DNA of 33,297 bases from Candidatus Bathyarchaeia archaeon (GTDB lineage: Archaea; Thermoproteota; CALKCG01; B24; JAWCPE01), in assembly GCA_038870415.1 (NCBI GenBank), contig JAWCPE010000004.1, positions 1 through 33,297 of the forward strand, written 5' to 3'. The translations under genes and the position numbers were made by a program. Below are positions 7,952-17,697 of this stretch, one piece after another. How positions within the stretch are numbered: the stretch's first letter is position 1; every line of letters begins with the position of its first letter. The notes beneath the pieces are model-generated. The model was not told the DNA's origin and ran no database searches. It saw only the letters and a program-made list of their open reading frames with translations.

Positions 7952-10861
7952 TTGTTCCCTGGTGAAGACGAGAGACCAGCGGATGAGGAGAGAGGCGGGG
8001 TTCCCTACGCGAGGAGACTACGATGGGTCCTTATAGCCGCGGTCGTAGTGGTCATCCTCGCGCTATCGTCGTCGTCTCTCCTGACTGTTTGGCTGAACGT
8101 GACGGAGTTCGGTGAGCTCTTCATCCGTCCCCTGTACTTCGAGGTTCTCAGCGGGTTGATCCTCGCCCCGATAGCGTTCCTCAGGGTGGACTTCCTCCAT
8201 AGAAGGTCCCTTACCTGGTGGATTGTCAGCCTTCTTCGAGGGCTTTACCGCGAACACCTAGAGGTTGAGGGCTTCAGAGAGGTTTTCGTCAAGTATGACT
8301 TCAGGTCTTTCAAGATGCCGCCCGTCAAGTTTGCTCTCTGGCAGGCCACAAAGGTTCTGGTAGGCATGCTGTTCCTCAGGGACCTTCTCTTCGGCATGGC
8401 CGTGCAGGCCTCGCTCGGCGGCTGGAACCCTGGGCTGAGCCAGCTCTGGAAGGTCTTTGCGGTTCCGTTCGTAACCCCCTCCCTTGACAAGGCGTACGCG
8501 TATGAGAACGTTGTACCCATGATACCCGCCCTAACACTTCTGACACAGCCCCTCATGATAGCCCTCACCGTGCGGCTCTTGGCCCTCGTGGCCGCAACAC
8601 AGGTGGTCGGCATCCTGATGCCTGGCAGAGCAGGGGAAAGAGTAAGCCGGAGAAGCAGGAAAGCCTCGTTGCTAGGCGGAGAAAGGTTGATTGCAGCTGA
8701 AGCGTTAGCCGCCCTCGCTTGCTTCTGGATAATGTTCAACCTCTTCCTTCCCCCTTTGCTCTTCTTGTACCTCTCACCGTTCATCAACTATAACACCAGG
8801 TACGTGATTGCCGGTTTCGCAGCTGGGGGAGTATACTTCACCTTCCTAGCGTTACACGACCATCTCAGGGCTGGAAGTCTAGGTCTTTTCACACGCCGCC
8901 GCGTAGCGGTTAGGGTCATGCCTGTAATTCTCATAGTGCTCGTCACAGGCTCAATTGTAGCCGTCAACAATAGCATCGCGGATGCTAGGAAGGTGGAATG
9001 GCTCGGGCCGTACGTCTCCCAGCTCGTCTACGTCAACCGGTACCTTGCCGAGCTGGATGACATCGTGGAGGTTCCCTACAACTTCAGCGTGGCAGCCGTT
9101 CCGCCCAGTCGCATAGACGCCTACATCGCGGAGAACCGAGTCCTCATCAGCAAGGTGCGTCTCTGGGACTGGGAGGCTGCCTTCGCTAAACTCAAGCCTG
9201 AGATAGGCCTAATTCCATACATTGATTTCCAGGACTCGGATATCCTCCGTTTCAACGGTAGCCTCTACTGGAGCGCTTCCATGAAACCCGTCCTGCCGGG
9301 GACTGTCCGTCCCGAAGACCGCTGGTACTCGGAGAAGTTCTATTACACGCATATACCGACGGGCTTCCTCTTCCTCGACGCCCATGGGGGCGGGGTCGTG
9401 AACGCCAGCGACTTCATCCAGCAGCGGAGGATCTACTACGGGGAAGGTGGGCTGCTCTCGGATACGTGGGCTGCGTATCCTGTCGGTCGGACCCGGAGCG
9501 ATGAGCTGGGCGGAGCCTTCTATGGGGGAGGGGGAGGCGTGGATATTCCCCCGCCTCTGAGCTGGGTCTTCGACCCTACCTTCTTCCTAGCGTACCGAGA
9601 CACCACCATTCATGTGATGCGGTACAGGGACGTCTACGACCGAATGCAGCTATTGTTCCCCTACTTCGTGTATTCAGAGCTCGCCGAGAAAGCGGTCGAG
9701 CGGGTAGATATGCTCCCGGTAACGGATGGAGAGAGCACGTACTGGTTGATGCCGTTGATCGCCAGTCTGGACACGGTGCACGTGCCTTGGAGCGGCGCCA
9801 GCCCGTTCAAGAGGCTTACGGGCTACGCGCTCATCGACATCTACCATGGGAGCATCCAGGTCATCGTGCTAGGCGACGACTTCTTCAGCGAGCTCTTCAA
9901 GAGAGCCTACGCCGACTACGTGACTACCGAGGTGCCAGACTGGTTGAAAGGCCAGCTCAGGTACCCGGAGGAACTCTTCGAGTACAGGGTCTCTAGGTAC
10001 AACTTCTTCCATGTGTTGGATCCGTCTACCTTCATCGTTGGAAAGGAGTTCTTCGAGGTCCCCGCAGGCCTGGACACCTACTACGTGTTCTCTAAGCCCC
10101 CCGGCTTCGATAGGCCCGAGTTCGTCGGGCTCCTATCCTTAGAGCTGAGAGGCGCCGGTGGACGAAACTTGGCTGGCTACATGGTGGTCAGGAACGAGTA
10201 TCCTGCGTTTGGGCAGATGATCTTCTACCAGGTGCCTCTGGAGTCGACGGTGAAGCTGCTGGGGCCCTCAGCCGTCCTAGAGGCTTTGGAGAAGAACCCT
10301 GACTTCGCTCAGCTTAAGACGCTTCTCCGTACGCCCCGCATAGGCGACAACATCCTCTACCGCGTAGGAGAGCATGACGTCTACTTCATCCCCGTCTACA
10401 CGGCTGGCGCCGGCGGGGTCGTCACCGAGATGGGGGTCGTAGCTGCGGTAGGGGCGACCTTCACGGGAAGCTACCAGGTAGGCCTCGGGAACACGGCTGA
10501 GGCCGCCTTTAGAGCCCTACTAGCTCAACAGGCTGGCGTTGAGCCACCGACGCCCACCCCGCCCATAGACAGGGAGCAACGGAAGTCAGCCATCCTGAGG
10601 CTCTTCGAAGAGAGCAACCTCACCGTGCTGCAACCCCTGAGCGTCAACCCCCACGTCTCGTTCACCGAGGGAGCGGCACGGTACGTGGCTGAGGAAGAGT
10701 GGGAAGCCGCTGAAGCCTTGGTTAACGCCTTCATACAACAGTGGGGCATGCCCGCAGGCAAGGTCCTGATGTGGTCTGAAGACTCCCAGGTGAACTTCGG
10801 CGTCCTAGTAAACGTAGGAGGCGTGGTTGAGCTTCACTCCATCACCATCGACTTGGGCTAG
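7952..10861 (+). CDS. UPF0182 family membrane protein
   Basis: 969 aa with multiple N-terminal TM helices; soluble part with RLWD, YTH, RIYYGE, QLRYPEELF and NLAGYMVVRN. Confidence 0.85.
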   Translation: MFPGEDERPADEERGGVPYARRLRWVLIAAVVVVILALSSSSLLTVWLNVTEFGELFIRPLYFEVLSGLILAPIAFLRVDFLHRRSLTWWIVSLLRGLYREHLEVEGFREVFVKYDFRSFKMPPVKFALWQATKVLVGMLFLRDLLFGMAVQASLGGWNPGLSQLWKVFAVPFVTPSLDKAYAYENVVPMIPALTLLTQPLMIALTVRLLALVAATQVVGILMPGRAGERVSRRSRKASLLGGERLIAAEALAALACFWIMFNLFLPPLLFLYLSPFINYNTRYVIAGFAAGGVYFTFLALHDHLRAGSLGLFTRRRVAVRVMPVILIVLVTGSIVAVNNSIADARKVEWLGPYVSQLVYVNRYLAELDDIVEVPYNFSVAAVPPSRIDAYIAENRVLISKVRLWDWEAAFAKLKPEIGLIPYIDFQDSDILRFNGSLYWSASMKPVLPGTVRPEDRWYSEKFYYTHIPTGFLFLDAHGGGVVNASDFIQQRRIYYGEGGLLSDTWAAYPVGRTRSDELGGAFYGGGGGVDIPPPLSWVFDPTFFLAYRDTTIHVMRYRDVYDRMQLLFPYFVYSELAEKAVERVDMLPVTDGESTYWLMPLIASLDTVHVPWSGASPFKRLTGYALIDIYHGSIQVIVLGDDFFSELFKRAYADYVTTEVPDWLKGQLRYPEELFEYRVSRYNFFHVLDPSTFIVGKEFFEVPAGLDTYYVFSKPPGFDRPEFVGLLSLELRGAGGRNLAGYMVVRNEYPAFGQMIFYQVPLESTVKLLGPSAVLEALEKNPDFAQLKTLLRTPRIGDNILYRVGEHDVYFIPVYTAGAGGVVTEMGVVAAVGATFTGSYQVGLGNTAEAAFRALLAQQAGVEPPTPTPPIDREQRKSAILRLFEESNLTVLQPLSVNPHVSFTEGAARYVAEEEWEAAEALVNAFIQQWGMPAGKVLMWSEDSQVNFGVLVNVGGVVELHSITIDLG

Positions 10862-11324
10862 CATCCCACTGATCCGCCGTAGCTTCGGCGACCGTGGGTC
10901 TGCGAGAAGAGAGCCGAGCGAGGCAGGCATCATCTTCGTTATCGCACTCGCCATAGGACTGGCCGTTATAGCGATAATCGCTGTAAGGTTTGTTCGCGTA
11001 CAGCGCGGCCTCTTAGGCCCTATCCTCGCCGTCGCCGCCGCGGCGCTACTCGTCTACTGGCTCAGGGAGCTCCTGATCCCTTCCAGGCCAAGATGGCTTT
11101 TCGACATCCTTGAAGACGAGAACGAGATCACGCTCGTAGCTGAGGTGCCCGGCCCAGAGGACGAGGTAGAGGTCAAGCTGGAAGGACGGAGAGTCGTGAT
11201 CAAGGGAGGCGGCGGTTTCCGTAGAACCGTAAAACTCGGCGAAAAAGCTGAGATCATCGAGAGAAGCTACGTCAACGGCGTGCTAAACCTCAGGCTTAGG
11301 AGACTAAAGGTTTCAGCCACTTGA
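10827..11324 (+). CDS. Membrane-anchored Hsp20/alpha-crystallin domain protein
   Basis: Two hydrophobic helices, then DILEDENEITLVAEVPG...SYVNGVLNLRL. The start is uncertain (TTG at 10827 has GGAGG upstream). Confidence 0.75.
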   Translation: MSFTPSPSTWASIPLIRRSFGDRGSARREPSEAGIIFVIALAIGLAVIAIIAVRFVRVQRGLLGPILAVAAAALLVYWLRELLIPSRPRWLFDILEDENEITLVAEVPGPEDEVEVKLEGRRVVIKGGGGFRRTVKLGEKAEIIERSYVNGVLNLRLRRLKVSAT

Positions 11325-12054
11325 ACAGGAGCGGCGCTCGTAGCAGCCGTTTAGAAGCCGACGCCAAGTCGAGTCGGGGTTTCTGACCGCTTTGGAGAGA
11401 AACTGAAAGCTGAGGCCTAGCTCACACCTTCTTAGCGAAGGCCTCCGTATCCTCGGCCTCCTGCCTTCAGGGAGCCTCTCATGTGAGGCCTCGTAAACTT
11501 CCGTGCTGATGCTTTCCATCCATCAGCGTACTCTGCAATCACCCAAGGCATCACCTTCTCGCCTCCAAGGGTTCCTATCCGTATGGGTACGCGTCAACGG
11601 GCAAGTGTCCTAGGCGGTCCTAGAACGGATCAGGCAACCTCGTTCCCCGTCCATAGCAGCGTGTGGGGCTCAGAAAGCCTTCCCGGCATAGATTCACTCA
11701 TGCCAAAATGGGAGACCGCAGGCGCGCAGCATACCTAGAGGTTTGACATGTCAACCGATGCCGCAAAGAGGGCTTCTGCAGAGCCGCGCGGGGAAAAGCC
11801 TTAAGGTTATAGCAGGACGGGCTTCGGTGCTTACAGCCGTGATTCAGCCGATTCTTCGTGCGACAGCCTCTCGACCCAATTCGCCAGCGTTAGGCTTCTA
11901 GAGACGGCAGCGATCTAAGGGCTAACAGTAGGCTCCTGAAGGCGCTCCGAGGTGGCGAGTATGGAGCCTAAAGCCTCGGATCAACGCCGGAAAGGGATAC
12001 CATCGCTGCTACCGACTGTTACTCCCCCTAGCTGGGCTTAGAGATCGCTCATCC

Positions 12055-12749
12055 TTACGGAGCCCACAAGAGGCGGAATCCGTAAGGGACGTATCCGAGT
12101 ATAGTCAGGGCGCCCGTAAGCGAGTGGTTGAGGTCGGTTATGGTGTTGGCGGGGACCAGCCGGGGAATATCGAAGGAGGTGTGAGAACGCCGAGGAGAGA
12201 GGAGAGCGGCAACTGTTGGAGAGCCGCCCCCGGCTGCTAGTGAGAGATAGGTTGCGCCTAGGAGAACCTCGTATCCTCTGACTGCCTTTTCTCTGCCAAG
12301 CCTGACAGCTAAGGCTCGTTTCCCGACTGCTCTATCGGCGTTGTAGTATGGGAACTCGTTGATGTAGAGCACGGCCGCGATCAGGCAGAAGACAGGCGGA
12401 GACGCCCAAGACGGCTTCCCAGCTGACAGCACGGGTCTGAACATAGAAGGCGCCTAGCGTCATCAGGGAAGTTGACTCCAACCAGTAGCTTCCCCTCGAC
12501 CCTATGCCCGGCGTGGTTCAACGGAGGCCCTGTAAAGAAGAGACCTGAGATGAACCCTATCACCCCTAGTAGAAGGATGAGAGGCCCGCAAAGATCAGTG
12601 CCCCGGAGAGCGCTTCGGAGGGTGTCAGAAACCCGCGCTGGACAGTCCTGCTGCCGCAGCTGAGGGGCGGGACGAACTCCTGATTCACCTCGTCATCGCC
12701 TCACTTGTGGTCGAAGTAGTCGTTGACCACGCTCGTCCCTAGGTGCGGA
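12055..12749 (-). pseudogene. menA: Degraded MenA/UbiA-family prenyltransferase (DHNA prenyltransferase-like)
   Basis: Fragments across frames: HLGTSVVNDYFDHK*GDDEVNQEFVPPLSCGSRTVQRG; GFISGLFFTGPPL; AVLYINEFPYYNADRAVGKRALAVRLG. Contains an internal stop and frameshifts, and the 5' end is missing. Confidence 0.8.
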
Positions 12750-12767
12750 AAAACCGCTCCGGAAGGC

Positions 12768-12773
12768 TTTTAA
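12768..12773 (+). promoter_or_regulatory. Putative TATA box of the hydrogenase operon
   Basis: TTTTAA about 40 nt upstream of ATG 12811; GGAGG Shine-Dalgarno near 12800. Confidence 0.5.
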
Positions 12774-12810
12774 CGGCTGTTGATAGCGCCCTAGGGGCGG
12801 GAGGAGTGCG

Positions 12811-13122
12811 ATGGAGGTTGTCGTTGCGCTCGTTCTCAGCTTGGCGGCGGCCTTGACGATCTACTGGCTAGGCGGGGCGATCACTCCGAAGAGCAAGCCT
12901 ACGGTGAACAAGCTGATGGCGTACGCGTGCGGTGAGAAGTTCAAGGGAATGAAGTTCCAAGTGAACGCGGAGGAGTTCTACCTGTATGCGATCTACTTCC
13001 TAGTCTTCGACGTCCTGGCCTTCGTTCTGAGCACCTCAATGGGCTCGACTGGCCTGATGCCGGTCATCTACCTCCTCGTCGTCATCGCAGCGCTCATCCC
13101 ACTCCTCGGGAGACGCGAGTAG
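12811..13122 (+). CDS. NuoA/FpoA-like membrane subunit
   Basis: K...YACGE loop and FYLYAIYFLVFDV; three TM helices. Confidence 0.85.
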   Translation: MEVVVALVLSLAAALTIYWLGGAITPKSKPTVNKLMAYACGEKFKGMKFQVNAEEFYLYAIYFLVFDVLAFVLSTSMGSTGLMPVIYLLVVIAALIPLLGRRE

Positions 13123-13123
13123 A

Positions 13124-13546
13124 TTGGGCCTCGTCAACTGGGCTAGAACCCACTCGCCTTGGATCATCCACTTCAACACCGGCGCCTGCAACGCCTGCGA
13201 CATAGAGGTCCTAGCCGCCCTAACGCCGAGATTCGACCTGGAAAGGTTCGGAGTCCTCCTGAAAGGAAGCCCGAGGCACGCCGACGTGCTTGTGGTAACC
13301 GGCGCGGTGACAAGGCAGGTCAAGGATAGACTCGTCCGGTTGTACGAGCAGACCCCTGACCCTAAGTTCGTCGTCGCCGTCGGCGAATGCGCTATCACAG
13401 GCAACGTCTTCCACAACTGTTACAACGTCCTCGGAGGCGTAGACAAGGCGGTCCCCGTGGACGCCTACATCCCCGGGTGCCCCGTCAAGCCGGAGTCCGT
13501 GCTCTTCGGCGTCACCGCCTTGCTCGGAAAGCTCAGAGGCGGATAG
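13124..13546 (+). CDS. Group 4 [NiFe]-hydrogenase small subunit (NuoB/MbhJ-like)
   Basis: GACNACDIE, SPRHADVLVVTG, GECA and IPGCP. Confidence 0.92.
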   Translation: MGLVNWARTHSPWIIHFNTGACNACDIEVLAALTPRFDLERFGVLLKGSPRHADVLVVTGAVTRQVKDRLVRLYEQTPDPKFVVAVGECAITGNVFHNCYNVLGGVDKAVPVDAYIPGCPVKPESVLFGVTALLGKLRGG

Positions 13547-13548
13547 AG

Positions 13549-14040
13549 ATGTCAGGTAAGGATGAGATGGCGACCGACGCGGTTGAAGGCCTCAAATCAG
13601 CGATTGGAGAGGCGAACCTCCTAGGAGTGCAAGCCCGGAAGAAGAGGAGAGTCTTCGTAACCGTCAAGGACGAGGCTTTGAAGCCCGCGGTCACGTATCT
13701 CGCTGGCGCCGGGTTCATGCACATCACAACCATCACAGGGCTCGACCTCGGCGATAGGCTCGAGGTTGTCTACCACCTCGACAAGGACGGTGTCCAGTTG
13801 TCGTTGAGGACGACCGTCCCTGAAAACCGCCCTGTTCTAAAGTCTATCACCGATGTTCTGCCTGGCGCTGTCTTCTACGAGCGGGAGGTTCACGACCTTC
13901 TCGGCGTCGTCTTCGAGGGCCACCCGGACCTGTCGCCGCTTGTACTCCCCGAGGGATGGCCGAAGGGCCTCCACCCGCTGAGGAAGAAGTACACGGTCGA
14001 AGACATCAGAAGGATGGTGGACCAAAATGTCTCTGTCTGA
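13549..14040 (+). CDS. NuoC/MbhK-like subunit
   Basis: The probable start is ATG 13549, right after the small-subunit stop (the track ORF from 13387 is over-extended). Motifs ITTITGLD and YEREVHDLLGVVFEGHPD...HPLRK. Confidence 0.9.
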   Translation: MSGKDEMATDAVEGLKSAIGEANLLGVQARKKRRVFVTVKDEALKPAVTYLAGAGFMHITTITGLDLGDRLEVVYHLDKDGVQLSLRTTVPENRPVLKSITDVLPGAVFYEREVHDLLGVVFEGHPDLSPLVLPEGWPKGLHPLRKKYTVEDIRRMVDQNVSV

Positions 14041-15211
14041 GACGATGATCCAGGTCCCCTTGGGGCCGCAGCACCCAGCCCTAGCCGAGTCGGAGAGCTT
14101 CCTCCTCACCGTAGACGGGGAGCTCGTCGTCGACGTTAAGCCTCGGATAGGATACGTCCACCGCGGAATCGAGAAGGCTCTAGAGGCGCAGACATACATT
14201 CATAACCAGTACCTGATCGAGCGGATCTGCGGCATCTGTTCCCACGCGCACACGCTGTGCTACACTCAGAACATCGACTACGCGTTGGAGATAGAGACCC
14301 CTCCGAGAGCGCGGTTCATCAGGACCATCGTGATGGAGCTTGGAAGAGTCCACAGCCATCTTCTCTGGTTGGGCTTGGCAGGCCACGAGATCGGCTTCGA
14401 CACGCTCTTCATGTACACTTGGCGTGACCGGGAGGCCGTCATGGACCTCTTGGAGGCGATCTCCGGTAACCGGGTTAACTTCGCGCTCTTCACAATCGGA
14501 GGCGTCAGGCGGGACCTGTCCCCAGAGATGGTCTCCCAGGTCAGGAAGGTTGTAGACTTCCTCGAGGAGCAGACGAAGTACTACAAGAAGGTATGCGCCA
14601 ACGAGGTCTCGGTCCTCAAGCGAGTTGCCGGCGTAGGAATCCTCAAGCCGAAAGATGCCTTAGAGTATTCAGCGGTAGGGCCCTTCCTCCGGGCTAGCGG
14701 CATCAAGAGCGACATCCGAGCTGACGACCCGCACGCAGCATACGATGAGATCCCGTTCAACGTCGTAACGTATGACAGCTGTGATGTAGCGGCGCGAGTC
14801 TTCGTTAGGATCGACGAGATACTAGAGTCGCTCAGCATAGTCCGCTACGGTGTGGACCATCTGCCGCAAGGACCGGTGAGGCTGAAGGTTCCGAGACGCG
14901 TCCCGCCTAACGAGACCATCAGCAGGGTAGAGGCCCCGAGAGGCGAACTCTTCCACTACCTCAAGTCAAACGGCACCGATAGACCGGAGAGGTACAAGGT
15001 CAGAACGCCTACTTTAGCTAACATCCCATCTGCCTGCAAGATGATGACTGGGATTTATCTCGCCGACATACCCATCAGCCTCGCCTCGATAGACCCATGC
15101 TTCTGCTGCACGGACCGCGTCACGATCGTGGATGAACGTAAAGGCACAGCCCGCAACTGGACGTGGCAGGAGCTGACCAGGTACGCGCGGAAATGGTATG
15201 AGAGGCGGTAA
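14027..15211 (+). CDS. Group 4 [NiFe]-hydrogenase large subunit (NuoD-like)
   Basis: GPQHP, GYVHRGIEK, L1 motif ERICGICSHAH, EAPRGE and L2 motif DPCFCCTDR. All four Ni-ligating Cys are present, followed by a C-terminal extension. Confidence 0.93.
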   Translation: MSLSETMIQVPLGPQHPALAESESFLLTVDGELVVDVKPRIGYVHRGIEKALEAQTYIHNQYLIERICGICSHAHTLCYTQNIDYALEIETPPRARFIRTIVMELGRVHSHLLWLGLAGHEIGFDTLFMYTWRDREAVMDLLEAISGNRVNFALFTIGGVRRDLSPEMVSQVRKVVDFLEEQTKYYKKVCANEVSVLKRVAGVGILKPKDALEYSAVGPFLRASGIKSDIRADDPHAAYDEIPFNVVTYDSCDVAARVFVRIDEILESLSIVRYGVDHLPQGPVRLKVPRRVPPNETISRVEAPRGELFHYLKSNGTDRPERYKVRTPTLANIPSACKMMTGIYLADIPISLASIDPCFCCTDRVTIVDERKGTARNWTWQELTRYARKWYERR

Positions 15212-15214
15212 CCT

Positions 15215-16157
15215 ATGGACCTAGTAAAGCTCGCGGAGATGATCCTCGTTCCCGGGATGGTCTTCCTAGTCTTCTTGGGCTTCTTCTTCGAGTGGCTTGA
15301 CCGGAAGTTCTACGCCCGGCTTCAGAACCGGTACGGACCCTTGCATACGGGCTTCGCCGGGATACTCCAGCCCCTCGCCGACTTCGTGAAGCTCCTCGCG
15401 AAAGAGGACATAGAGCCTGAAGCTGTGGATAAGAGTATCTTCAGGGCCACCCCGATCGTGCTTCTAGCGATACCGTTGCTCGCTCTTCGTACCTATGGTC
15501 GATATGAAGGCCGTCATCAACTTCGAGGGGGACCTGGTCTTTGTAATCTTCCTTCTCGTCATGTACGCGGTCAGCGTCTTCCTCGCAGCGTGGAGCTCGA
15601 CAAGCCCGTACAGTACGGTTGGCGGCGTGAGGGCTGCCTACCAGCTGCTGGGCTTTGAGATACCGCTAACGATAGCGCTCCTGACCCCCGCGATTAAAGC
15701 AGAGAGCCTCTCCATAAGCGGCATAGCCCAATGGCAGGCCACAAATCTACCGTTCATACTGCTCCAGCCCCTAGCCTTCGGCGTCGCCATCCTCTGTCTA
15801 CTCGCGGAGCTGGAACAGGTCCCGTTCGACATCCCGGAGGCTAAGACCGAGATCGTAGGCGGATGGCAGACCGAGTTCAGCGGCAGGAAACTCGCGTTGC
15901 TCAGGCTCTCCGCGGACGTGGAGCTCGTCCTCGCCGCGTCGCTTGTGACCGCCCTATTCCTCGGGGGGCCAAGCGGCCCATCGCCGATCCCGCCTATCGT
16001 CTGGTTCCTCGTCAAGTCGATCGTGGTCGTCTTCATCTTCTCAAATCTCCGAGCGCTCTTCGCTAGGTTCCGGATCGACCAGATGGTGCATGGAAACTGG
16101 AAGTACCTCGTCCCGCTCGCGGCGCTACAGGTCATGATGGTTGAACTCCTGCCCTAG
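15215..16157 (+). CDS. NuoH/MbhM-like membrane subunit, frameshifted near 15484
   Basis: Frame 1: DRKFYARLQNRYGP...QPLADFVKLLAKED. Frame 2: YSTVGGVRAAYQLLGFEIP...PFDIPEAKTEIVGGWQTEFSG...ARFRIDQ. Restoring CT in gctcttc gives LLALFVPM. Confidence 0.88.
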
Positions 16158-16160
16158 GCG

Positions 16161-16535
16161 GTGAAAGAAGCTATGGCTATGGAAGGTTTGCTTCTCCGAA
16201 GCAGCGTGAAGAAGCCTGCAACGGTCCGATACCCGTTCGAGAGGCTTCCGCCAGTCGAGGGGCTTCGGGGTAAGCCGGTCTGGGACATGGTCAAGTGCAT
16301 AGGCTGCGGCATCTGCGAGAGGGACTGCCCTGCGGTCGCGATAGAGATGATCGGTCGGGGGAAGACGGCGGAGTTCAGGATACACTACGACCGATGCGCC
16401 TTCTGCGGTCAATGCTCCGAGTCTTGCCCCGTCGACGCGATCGAGATGACGAAGCAGTACGAGCTGGCCGCATTCACCCACGACCAGATGAAGCAGGAGT
16501 ACAAGCGTCCGAAGCCCGCTGAGACGGCGACGTGA
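16161..16535 (+). CDS. NuoI-like 2x[4Fe-4S] ferredoxin subunit
   Basis: TVRYPFE, CIGCGICERDCP and CAFCGQCSESCP. Confidence 0.92.
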   Translation: MKEAMAMEGLLLRSSVKKPATVRYPFERLPPVEGLRGKPVWDMVKCIGCGICERDCPAVAIEMIGRGKTAEFRIHYDRCAFCGQCSESCPVDAIEMTKQYELAAFTHDQMKQEYKRPKPAETAT

Positions 16536-16549
16536 CCGGCCGCGAGGCG

Positions 16550-16555
16550 TTTATA
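16550..16555 (+). promoter_or_regulatory. Putative internal TATA box for the FrhB-like gene
   Basis: TTTATA about 33-38 nt upstream of ATG 16588. Confidence 0.45.
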
Positions 16556-16587
16556 GGAAAGAGCCGTACGGTATAGGCGGTAAGACC

Positions 16588-17697
16588 ATGGCGGCAAGGC
16601 CTAAAGTCTTCGCCACGCTACTCGCAGAGGTCGTGCGGAGAGGCAACTGCATGTTCTGCGGCGCCTGCATGGCGACCTGCCCTACGTTCGCCCTGCTCCC
16701 GACAGGCGAGGAGCCTGCCCTGAAGGGTCAATGCATCGCCTGCCAACTCTGCTACCACCACTGCCCCAGAACCCCCGACGCTCTGCCCTACCCGTTCGAG
16801 GCAGTCGAGAAGGCGGTCTTCGGCGAGGTAAGGAGCCGAGAAGACCCAGGCCGGCTTATAGGCGTCTATAAGGGCGTGTACGCCGCGCGCTCCACGAAGG
16901 AAGACATCCTCAAAGTCTGCCAAGATGGCGGCGCGGTCACCTCGCTCCTCGCGTACGGCTTAGAATCGAAGGCTTTCGACGCGGCGGTCACCGCCGGGCG
17001 CCTAGACGATACCCCATGGAAGGCGATGCCTGCCGTCGCCTTGAGCTATCAGGGTCTCCTCAAGACGGCTGGCACGAAGTACACGGCCAGCCCGACGCTG
17101 CTTGGGTTGATGTCAGCCGTCCAAGAGTACTATAAGCGGAACGTAGCGGTGGTGGGGACCCCCTGCCAGGTCCAGGCGCTCAGGAGGATGCAGACACACA
17201 GCTTTGGGGTTTCAAAGCTTACGAAGGCTGTCAAGCTGACGGTAGGCCTCTTCTGCATGGAGAGCTACAGTTACGACGGCCTGATGAAACACCTACAGAG
17301 CGCGGGCTTCGACCCCTCCGCGATCACGCGGTTCGACATAAAGAAGGGCGTCTTCACCGCCTCAACGACGGGACAGAACAGCTACAGCAGCAAACTCGAC
17401 CAGCTCGACCATCTAGTGAAAAACTCCTGTAGGATCTGCACGGACTTCACAGCTGAACTCGCAGATATCAGCGTCGGCGCCGTGGGAGCCCCGCTCGGCT
17501 GGTCGTTCGTGATCACCCGGAGCCAGCTCGGCGAACAGATTCTGCTCGACGCAGAGAGGGCAGGCTTCCTGACGTTGAAGACGGGTGAGGAGCTGAAGCC
17601 AGGCCTCGGACCCGTCCTGAAGCTCGCCGAAAGGAAGAGAGCGAGGGGACAACCCGCGCAGGTTCTTGACCTGAAAACTGCAGCAAGGCCCGCCTAG
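16588..17697 (+). CDS. Coenzyme F420 hydrogenase/dehydrogenase beta subunit (FrhB/FpoF-like) with N-terminal ferredoxin
   Basis: CMFCGACMATCP and CIACQLCYHHCP; QDGGAVTSLL, AGTKY, VVGTPCQ, GLFCME and CRICTDFTAELADISVG. Confidence 0.9.
   Translation: MAARPKVFATLLAEVVRRGNCMFCGACMATCPTFALLPTGEEPALKGQCIACQLCYHHCPRTPDALPYPFEAVEKAVFGEVRSREDPGRLIGVYKGVYAARSTKEDILKVCQDGGAVTSLLAYGLESKAFDAAVTAGRLDDTPWKAMPAVALSYQGLLKTAGTKYTASPTLLGLMSAVQEYYKRNVAVVGTPCQVQALRRMQTHSFGVSKLTKAVKLTVGLFCMESYSYDGLMKHLQSAGFDPSAITRFDIKKGVFTASTTGQNSYSSKLDQLDHLVKNSCRICTDFTAELADISVGAVGAPLGWSFVITRSQLGEQILLDAERAGFLTLKTGEELKPGLGPVLKLAERKRARGQPAQVLDLKTAARPA

Noticed and set aside
11330-11700. Possible flavodoxin-like relic (MRGSLKAG / EDTEAFAKKV fragments, minus strand)
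   Set aside because: Similarity is too short and fragmentary to support without a search.
13387-13548. N-terminal extension of the NuoC-like ORF
   Set aside because: It overlaps the small-subunit gene in another frame; ATG 13549 is the natural start.
14027-15211. NADH:quinone oxidoreductase NuoD or Mbx/MBS-type subunit
   Set aside because: All four Ni-ligating cysteines are present, which indicates a true [NiFe]-hydrogenase.
15440-15520. Second BHB intron explaining the NuoH-like frameshift
   Set aside because: The helix is short of bases rather than carrying extra ones, and I found no BHB pairing.
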